The position numbers and the translations under genes are program-made. Below, in pieces: positions 57,307 through 64,000 of a stretch of 64,000 nt of DNA. Each line of letters begins with the position of its first letter. Position 1 is the stretch's first letter. The DNA is taken from assembly GCA_038851325.1 (NCBI GenBank), contig JAWCKZ010000004.1, positions 5,160-69,159 of the forward strand, given 5' to 3'. The stretch is from Candidatus Bilamarchaeaceae archaeon (lineage in GTDB: Archaea; Micrarchaeota; Micrarchaeia; Anstonellales; Bilamarchaeaceae). The notes under the pieces were generated by a model. That model did no database searches, was not told where the DNA came from, and saw only the letters and a program-made list of their open reading frames with translations.

Positions 57307-58974
57307 ATGGGAAGGAAGTACTTTCTGTGGGTATATCTCTTTCTGCTCCTTTCCTCTCTCTCTTTTTCCGCCCTTGCATGGGAGCAGAATGTAGGGGGAA
57401 AGCAGACGACAGAACCAATAATGTTTCATGATAAAATAGCGATCGCTTCATCGGATGATAAGGTTTATCTCATCGAGCCGACCAACGGAAAGGTTGTGTG
57501 GAAAACGCCTGTGGAAGATGCTATCCAGCTCATAGAATACGGTGGAAAACTCATAGTGTTTGGAAGAAACGGAAAAGTGACCGCCATTGATCGGGATGGA
57601 AAGAACGCATGGACCTATGATTTTGGTCAGTTTAATGTAACGACACTATACGGTGCCGGAAAGAATTCAAAAGGAATGTATGTTGCAACAGACAAAGGAA
57701 TCTTCAGACTGGTAGAGAACAACGCAATTCAGATTTATTCAAAAAATGATAGTTATACACGACCGGCTGTTGAGGAGAGTTTCATTATCTTCGGTGTTGG
57801 AAAGAACATAGCAAAGATAGATCTAAACGGGAACGTTCTTTGGACGAGGGAACTCGATAAACCTATTTGGAAATCGTATCCTATCGTATCGGGACAGGCG
57901 GTTTATTTTGGCGCACTCGACAACAAATTTTATGCGTTTACAATCTCTGGGGGGCACAAGATATGGGAGGTAGTAACTGGCGGATGGATTATAGCCCCTG
58001 CAATCATAGATAGAGGTATAGTATACTTTGCAAGCAACGACGGTTATTTGTATGCTGCAAATAGCGAGAGCGGTTCTCTCTTATGGAAGAAAAGAATTGG
58101 TACAGCGGTCATGAGTGGGTTGAACTCTGGAATTATCGGGGACAAGAGCGCGGTATTTGCAGGTGGAACAGACGGGACCGTACGCGCACTGAGTGAAGAT
58201 AATGGCAAGTTTCTATGGGAGGCTACAGCAATGAGTAGGGTTGGAAAACCCATAATTTACAGAGACCTCCTAATATTCGGTTCTGATGATGGTTATACCT
58301 ACGCCTATAATATGGAACGTACCTGTTCTATTCAATCCCCCAGCAACGGTGAACGGTTTGGATACAAAGAAGTAGTTATAAGCGGAACATCTGTATCAAG
58401 AGTCGGCGAACAGCGTGTATTTATAAGCATAAACAACGGCGAATGGATAGAAACTATAGCCTCAGAAGAAGAGGGCACATGGGCGTATTATCTAAATCCG
58501 CAAACCGAACTTAATGAAGGTATGAACACTATATCCTGCAAGGTCATTGACATGGGAGGAGAGGAAAGTGGGGTTGCGTATCCCACTGTTAATGTTATTC
58601 GCGATTCAACAATCCCGCTTGATTCTTTTACAATCATACCTTTTCCAAGCAAACCCCTCGAAGGAGAGCCGTTTGTTGTATTTGTAAACAGCAACTCTGA
58701 TGGATTGCCGGTTAACAGGTTTACCCTAAGAATAAAAGAAACTGGCAATGAATATACCGGGGATAAAAACATAACTCTCAGAATCAACACAGCCGGAAGA
58801 TACACCATAGAAGTAACAAAGATTGGATATAATAAAGGTGTGACTTATGTTGAGGTGGTCTCAAAGGAAATAAATCCACTTTATTTGATTATCGGGGGGG
58901 TTCTTCTTCTTATAGTCTTGTGGCAACTTTATGAGAAAATAATAAGTAAAAAACTTAGAAGAGAAAAAGTATAG
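57307..58974 (+). CDS. Membrane-anchored PQQ-like beta-propeller protein with Ig-like domains
   Basis: Signal peptide; repeated D..YA.....G...W motifs; C-terminal TM helix and basic tail. Confidence 0.85.
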   Translation: MGRKYFLWVYLFLLLSSLSFSALAWEQNVGGKQTTEPIMFHDKIAIASSDDKVYLIEPTNGKVVWKTPVEDAIQLIEYGGKLIVFGRNGKVTAIDRDGKNAWTYDFGQFNVTTLYGAGKNSKGMYVATDKGIFRLVENNAIQIYSKNDSYTRPAVEESFIIFGVGKNIAKIDLNGNVLWTRELDKPIWKSYPIVSGQAVYFGALDNKFYAFTISGGHKIWEVVTGGWIIAPAIIDRGIVYFASNDGYLYAANSESGSLLWKKRIGTAVMSGLNSGIIGDKSAVFAGGTDGTVRALSEDNGKFLWEATAMSRVGKPIIYRDLLIFGSDDGYTYAYNMERTCSIQSPSNGERFGYKEVVISGTSVSRVGEQRVFISINNGEWIETIASEEEGTWAYYLNPQTELNEGMNTISCKVIDMGGEESGVAYPTVNVIRDSTIPLDSFTIIPFPSKPLEGEPFVVFVNSNSDGLPVNRFTLRIKETGNEYTGDKNITLRINTAGRYTIEVTKIGYNKGVTYVEVVSKEINPLYLIIGGVLLLIVLWQLYEKIISKKLRREKV

Positions 58975-58995
58975 AGGCCGGGAGGAGGGGGTTGA

Positions 58996-59682
58996 TTGCC
59001 AGCTTTTAACAAGGAAGAGTTTAATAAATTTATAATAGAGCACAATGTCGTCGGTTTTTTTAAGGAGCCGATCACTCTAAAATCTGGAAGAAAATCAAAC
59101 TGGTATGTGAATTGGAGAACAGTCACAGAGGATACTTATCTTACAGATAAACTAACTGATTTTGTTATCTCTTTCGTGAGAGCGAGTCTGATAAAACCTG
59201 ATTGTTTTTATGGTGTTCCCGAGGGTGCGACAAAGATCGCTGTGATAACGCAGTTCAAATGGGCAAAGGCTCAGATTGACTATAGCATTGGACGATATCC
59301 TCTGCCCATGGGGAGAGGAAAGCCAAAAGAACACGGGGATCCAAAAGATAGATACTTTCTAGGAATGCCAAAAGGAAAGACGGTTGTGATAGAAGATGTA
59401 ACTACAACTGGTGGCTCTCTGATATCGGCCATCAAAACCCTAAAGGACGCGGATGTAAATGTGGTCGCTGCCATAAGCCTAACAAACCGAATGGAAAAGC
59501 GGGATGACGGCAAAACTGTTGAGGAGGTGGTATCCTCCCACGACGTAAAATATCTTGCTATGAGCGATGCGACCGAACTTCTTCCTATCGCTTACAGTAA
59601 GTTAAAACCGTCTCCAGATGTAGGGAAAAGGGTTGAAGAGTACTTCAAACTGTATGGGGTAAAGGAGGTAAAGCTTCTATGA
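58996..59682 (+). CDS. pyrE: Orotate phosphoribosyltransferase
   Basis: TLKSGRKS.WY, KEHG, VIEDVTTTGGS; coupled to pyrF. Confidence 0.85.
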   Translation: MPAFNKEEFNKFIIEHNVVGFFKEPITLKSGRKSNWYVNWRTVTEDTYLTDKLTDFVISFVRASLIKPDCFYGVPEGATKIAVITQFKWAKAQIDYSIGRYPLPMGRGKPKEHGDPKDRYFLGMPKGKTVVIEDVTTTGGSLISAIKTLKDADVNVVAAISLTNRMEKRDDGKTVEEVVSSHDVKYLAMSDATELLPIAYSKLKPSPDVGKRVEEYFKLYGVKEVKLL

Positions 59683-60377
59683 CTATAATTAAAAGAGAGA
59701 GAAGTATTGTTATAGCGTGCGATGTTAACTTGAAACTCTATGAGAGAATACTGAAAGAAACTGCGGGCATGGAGACAGTTGGCGGCTACAAACTGGGATT
59801 CTATCTTGCACTCAGATATGGGTTACCGAAACTTGTTAAACTTGCACGCAAGTACACCGACAAACCGCTTATATACGATCATCAGAAGGCAGCAACAGAT
59901 ATCCCAGACACAGGAGAGAAGTTTGCCGAGGTCTGTAAGAACGCAGGAGTGGATGGTGTCATTCTCTTTCCACACGCAGGACCGGAAACAGAGAAAGAAT
60001 GGATAGATGCCGCAAAACGGTTTGGCTTAGGCGTGATAGTCGGTGGCCTTATGACCCATAAGGGATATCTAAAAAGTGATGGCGGATACATAGATGACGA
60101 TGCTGTACGCTCGATGTATCTTAATGCCGCAAAGCAGGGCGTGAATGAGTTCGTTGTTCCAGGAAACAAACCAGATAAAATTGCTGAGATAAAAAACATG
60201 CTTGAGACAGAGGGCGTTGAGCCGGTTTTTTATGCCCCTGGATTTATAGCGCAAGGTGGAAAGATTTCAGATGCTGCTAAGATTGCGGGAAAAAGTTGGC
60301 ATGCTATCGTAGGGCGTGCGGTTTACGAGGCAAAAGACATAAAAAATGCTGTTAAGGAATTAGGCGCTGCTCTTTGA
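59679..60377 (+). CDS. pyrF: Orotidine 5'-phosphate decarboxylase
   Basis: IACD, YDHQKAATDIP, PGFIAQGG, IVGRAVY. Confidence 0.85.
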   Translation: MTIIKRERSIVIACDVNLKLYERILKETAGMETVGGYKLGFYLALRYGLPKLVKLARKYTDKPLIYDHQKAATDIPDTGEKFAEVCKNAGVDGVILFPHAGPETEKEWIDAAKRFGLGVIVGGLMTHKGYLKSDGGYIDDDAVRSMYLNAAKQGVNEFVVPGNKPDKIAEIKNMLETEGVEPVFYAPGFIAQGGKISDAAKIAGKSWHAIVGRAVYEAKDIKNAVKELGAAL

Positions 60378-60391
60378 ATTTTAAAAAAGAC

Positions 60392-60650
60392 TGCTCCTGC
60401 CGGGATTTTCAACGCGCCCAAAAGTCGATTTTGGGCACTTCTCCAAAAGCGCATTTGAACCCGGGTCTACGGAGTTCCCCACCACCCAAAGCGTCTGGGA
60501 AAAACCTCGGGGCTTTTGGGTAAGCGTAAGCCTTTTGCCCTAAGATTGACAAAAGTCAAAAGGCTTCGTGAGAGTCCGTCATCCTTAAACCGCATTCCGT
60601 CGCCCTACATAGGCGACGTTAAGCGTTTGACCGGTCTAGACTACAGGAGC
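60392..60650 (-). tRNA. tRNA-Glu(CUC) with three introns: 21/22, 42 nt (60585-60626); 37/38, 94 nt (60475-60568); 59/60, 48 nt (60406-60453)
   Basis: Spliced: GCTCCTGTAGTCTAGACCGGTCAAGGATGACGGACTCTCACTCCGTAGACCCGGGTTCAAATCCCGGCAGGAGCA. Strict BHB at the T-loop (TTCA/TGAA), CTCT/GGGG at the anticodon, relaxed at the D-loop. Confidence 0.88.
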
Positions 60651-60673
60651 AAATAGACCCTGTAGCTTATTTT

Positions 60674-61597
60674 TTAGGATAACTTTTTAAGATAATCGTA
60701 AGCGCAAAAGGCGGCTGCTACCCCACTAGCAGCAGCAAGAATTGCTTGTTTGAATTTCGTGTCCGTAACATCGCCAGCTGCAAAAACTCCATCAACATTG
60801 GTCTTACCTTCCCTGTCAACCATTACCTCTCCGCTTTCATTCAACTTTACGCCAAGGGCCTTTGCAAGTCCAGAGGCCGCTACTCGGCCTATCTCAACGA
60901 AAACAGCATCCACTGGAAATTCTTTACTTCCGTTATATGGTTTATCAAGAATTACTGCTTTGACGCCCTTCTCGTCTCCTTTTATCTCTACTATGTTAGT
61001 ATTTGGGATTACGGTTATCTTTCTATTTTTCTCGAGCTGTTCCATTGTGACCGGTTCTGCTCTTAATTTTTCTTTTCTGTAGATAATGTAAACCTTATTT
61101 GCCCATTGCGTAAGGGTAAGCGCCTCCTTTGCAGCCGAATCGCTTCCACCCACAACTGCTATGGTTTTATCTGTGTAGAAGTATCCATCGCACAATGCAC
61201 AATAATGCACTCCTTTGTTCGCGAATTCCTCCTCACCTGGGATGCCAAGCTTTCTTACACTTGTGCCTGTTGCAAGTATGATAGAACGCGACTCGTATTT
61301 GGCGCTTGGGGTTTCAATCTCAAAGCCGCCTTTTGATTTTTTTATGGTTGTAACTATTGTGTCTTTTATCTCGATATTATACTCTCTTGCGTGCGCCTCA
61401 AGCTGCTTTGCAAGCTCTGCGCCATCTATTCTCAAAACGCCTGGCCAATTTCTTATTTCACCCGCTGTAGTCAATGCACCACCATGAAGTTCAGTTAGGA
61501 GTATTGTTTTCAGTCGCAGCCTACCAGAATACATGGCTGCAGAAAGCCCTGCAACTCCCCCACCTATTATCGCTACATCATACATAATGCTCACCAA
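60674..61597 (-). CDS. trxB: Thioredoxin reductase
   Basis: IIGGGVAG, ATG, GVHYCALCDG, VVGGSDSA, FAAGDV. Confidence 0.92.
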   Translation of the reverse strand: MVSIMYDVAIIGGGVAGLSAAMYSGRLRLKTILLTELHGGALTTAGEIRNWPGVLRIDGAELAKQLEAHAREYNIEIKDTIVTTIKKSKGGFEIETPSAKYESRSIILATGTSVRKLGIPGEEEFANKGVHYCALCDGYFYTDKTIAVVGGSDSAAKEALTLTQWANKVYIIYRKEKLRAEPVTMEQLEKNRKITVIPNTNIVEIKGDEKGVKAVILDKPYNGSKEFPVDAVFVEIGRVAASGLAKALGVKLNESGEVMVDREGKTNVDGVFAAGDVTDTKFKQAILAAASGVAAAFCAYDYLKKLS

Positions 61598-61671
61598 AAA
61601 GATAGAGCCCTATATGTTTAAGAAATTATCAGCCGCAAAAAAGAAGGGAGGACAACGGTGTGCTGAAAAAA

Positions 61672-61899
61672 TCATGAACACGTACAAACGCCCAGATTAC
61701 ATTTCGGAATGCCAGAACTACAAGTACAGTCGCTGTCAACGTTGCACAATTGCGTTTTCTGAGCAAGCGTTTGCGTGGTGGAGTTTATATTGGTTGCTGT
61801 CTCTTTTGCTGTACTCATAAGCTGAGTTGCTGCTATCGCAACGATAGCTAGCACAACTGTTATTAATATCAACATTTCTGCTGAAAGTTGGCCTTTCAT
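61672..61899 (-). CDS. Small class III signal peptide pilin-like protein with C-terminal Cys cluster
   Basis: MKG^QLSAEML plus hydrophobic stretch; C..DSDC.C.....C..G.C.C; GGTGA RBS. Confidence 0.8.
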   Translation of the reverse strand: MKGQLSAEMLILITVVLAIVAIAATQLMSTAKETATNINSTTQTLAQKTQLCNVDSDCTCSSGIPKCNLGVCTCS

Positions 61900-61964
61900 T
61901 TCACATCACCAATATAGATTTTATGTGCGAAATATTTAAAAATCAGAATCTTAGTGTGAAGTTT

Positions 61965-62576
61965 TCACTTTTTATGCATCTTACAATCTGCTTGTGGATT
62001 TATTACTCCATCATTAATCAGCTGGGCCCTTGCTTCATATAACTCCTTCCCGAAGAAAAATTGATTCAGACATGAAGAAATCGGAATAGATGTTTTCTTC
62101 CATTTTTTACCGGTTAAATACTTAAGTGATACAACGTTCTCCTCGCCAAGTGAGACAAATTTCTCCTGAGAGATGAATGGATTGGTGGATGGCTGAGCGT
62201 TATCAGCTCGCTTTGCCACCTTTCCTTTCACTATTATCTTCTCTGCTTTTAGAAGTCTTTTTGGAAGTCGTTCGTAATTGTTTTTTAGGAAGTTAAGAAA
62301 AACATCTTTGTTTTTTATCTCGAATTCTTTCGTATAGTACACGATATTGCTCCTTTCGTTTACAACTTCCACAGGAGAATTGTGAACAGAAAAAAGATCT
62401 AAGGGGGAGTAAGCTGTGTAAATCTTTTGAAGGCCACAACAGTCGCACCATGCAACCTCCTTCGAACTGAAACCACGCAGGGGCTCTCTTAGGGTAGAAC
62501 CACAACCCATGTTAGCAATAGTAAAACCCATCGCTGCTGCTACAATACTATTCTTTACCTTCATTTTTTTAAACAT
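61965..62576 (-). CDS. Hypothetical secreted protein/lipoprotein
   Basis: Basic N-terminus, hydrophobic stretch ending MGC; leaderless after a TTTAAA box. Confidence 0.55.
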   Translation of the reverse strand: MFKKMKVKNSIVAAAMGFTIANMGCGSTLREPLRGFSSKEVAWCDCCGLQKIYTAYSPLDLFSVHNSPVEVVNERSNIVYYTKEFEIKNKDVFLNFLKNNYERLPKRLLKAEKIIVKGKVAKRADNAQPSTNPFISQEKFVSLGEENVVSLKYLTGKKWKKTSIPISSCLNQFFFGKELYEARAQLINDGVINPQADCKMHKK

Positions 62577-62756
62577 GTTATAAAATATGATAGCAAAGGT
62601 TTAAAAACTACAACGCGTGCCAGAAATTCAAGAGTCAAGATTCTCTCGGGGTGCAGCTGTTTTACTGTATTTCCTTTTCATTATACCAGTCTAACGAATC
62701 TAACCGTTTGCGGGCAATCGAGAAATATTTTTAATCCTACTCAGAGAAATGAAGCC

Positions 62757-64000
62757 ATGATTTACATCTCCCGGCTAAAGCTAAGAAATTTCAAATCCTT
62801 CAAAAATCTAAATGTTGAGCTACCGAGCAACATAATCTGCTTTGCAGGTCCGAACGGAAGTGGGAAGAGCAATGTGTGCGATTCCATACGATTCGTGCTT
62901 GGAGAGACTTCCCTGAGATCCCTTCGCGCAAAGAAGGTGCGAGACCTTATCCATATAGACTCCAAAACAGCAGAGGTTACGCTTACTTTTGATGGAGAAG
63001 CAAAATATGATATAAAGCGCGCAATAAGAGACGATGGAAAGATAATATACAGATTAAACGGTAAGAAGACGACGCGTACAGCTCTCCTCGAACTCCTAAA
63101 GAAATATAACCTCGACAGCTCCGGACGAAACATTATCGCACAGGGCGAAGTCCAAAGGATAGCGAGCATAAGCGGAAAGGAACGTAGAGAGATAATCGAT
63201 TCTGTTGCCGGAATATCGGACTATGAGGCAAAGAAAAAAGAGGCGCTTAGTGAGTTGGCAGTCGTAGATGGAAGAATAAACGAGGCAAACATAGTGCTTG
63301 GAGAACGAATTGCATTCCTCGACGAACTGGGAAAAGAAAGAAACACTGCCCTCAGATACAAGGACGCTAAGGAGAGGCTTGATTCCGCAAGGGCAGCACT
63401 CATTCGTAGCGAGATAGCACGGTATGAAAAAGAACTCGAGCGATATGAAAAGCAGAAGAGAGCACTCAACGAAAGAACAAAGACTGCCGAAGAACAACTA
63501 AAGAGCATACAAGCGAAAATAGCTAAAACAGAGGAGGAAAGATTTGAGATAAGTAAAGAACTGCAAAAAAAGCAAAAGAGCACGGAAGAGATAAGGAGGA
63601 TAGAAGAGTTAAAGGCGAGAATAGCTTCGCTCAGGCAAACAACCAGTGAAAAAAAAGAACTGGCTATAAGGTTGTCTAAGGAACAAGCAAGGCTCGAGAA
63701 AGAGTTGAACGAAGAAAATGAGAGGATGGAAAAAATAGCAGGAGAACTTAAAGAAATGGAAAAAGAACTTCTGAACACAGAACCGCTTCTTATAGAAGAA
63801 AACGTGGACATTGGAAAGGCCGCTGAACTTAGAAGGAAAAAAGAAAAAATTGAAGGAGAACTTCAGGAACTAAGAGAAAAAAACGCAGCCAGAGAGGCCG
63901 AGACTAAAGGAAAGAAGGAACAGGTTGAGATGCTTAGGAGGCAATTGAGGGAATTTTGTGAAAGTTGCGAAACAGAAAATGCGGAAAGAGAAATAAGTGA
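62757..64000 (+). CDS. smc: Chromosome segregation protein SMC (3'-truncated by window; not in ORF track)
   Basis: MIYISRLKLRNFKSF...GPNGSGKSNVCDSIRFVLG...SLRA, NIIAQGEV, then coiled coil; open to window end. Confidence 0.93.
   Translation, partial: MIYISRLKLRNFKSFKNLNVELPSNIICFAGPNGSGKSNVCDSIRFVLGETSLRSLRAKKVRDLIHIDSKTAEVTLTFDGEAKYDIKRAIRDDGKIIYRLNGKKTTRTALLELLKKYNLDSSGRNIIAQGEVQRIASISGKERREIIDSVAGISDYEAKKKEALSELAVVDGRINEANIVLGERIAFLDELGKERNTALRYKDAKERLDSARAALIRSEIARYEKELERYEKQKRALNERTKTAEEQLKSIQAKIAKTEEERFEISKELQKKQKSTEEIRRIEELKARIASLRQTTSEKKELAIRLSKEQARLEKELNEENERMEKIAGELKEMEKELLNTEPLLIEENVDIGKAAELRRKKEKIEGELQELREKNAAREAETKGKKEQVEMLRRQLREFCESCETENAEREIS

Noticed and set aside
62762..63811. 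Three - strand ORFs at the window end
   Set aside because: Antisense shadows of the smc coding sequence.
1..64000. CRISPR array, rRNA, prophage or integrase
   Set aside because: No regularly spaced repeats, rRNA motifs, or viral/integrase genes were recognised.

Overview
Archaeal chromosomal window, most likely from a DPANN/Micrarchaeota-like organism. This is inferred from archaeal housekeeping genes, TATA-led orphan genes, HARP and multi-intron tRNAs; no database search was run. Content is mainly housekeeping: leuS, gltX, tyrS, mcm, hjc, dph5, cbf5, cmk, the GINS-L44e-S27e-aIF2alpha-Nop10-PAC2 cluster, L11, pyrE/pyrF, trxB and smc (5' part). It also has SAM/polyamine metabolism (bacterial-type MetK, MTA deaminase, MTI-type phosphorylase, a DHS-like/PdaD/agmatinase operon), surface and pilin-like proteins, and many orphans. 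The most unusual signal is at the RNA level. There are three intron-containing tRNAs: Thr with 1 intron, Arg(CCG) with 2 and Glu(CUC) with 3. Two long introns at different positions in different tRNAs share an ungapped 58-nt motif. A 39-nt element directly behind an RNA ligase gene matches the spliced tRNA-Glu in two blocks next to splice junctions. There are also two or three unannotated structured intergenic RNA candidates. Other items: a decayed IS5-like remnant, a tandem degenerate GGDEF-like protein and five small genes missing from the ORF track. All folds and alignments were done by eye.
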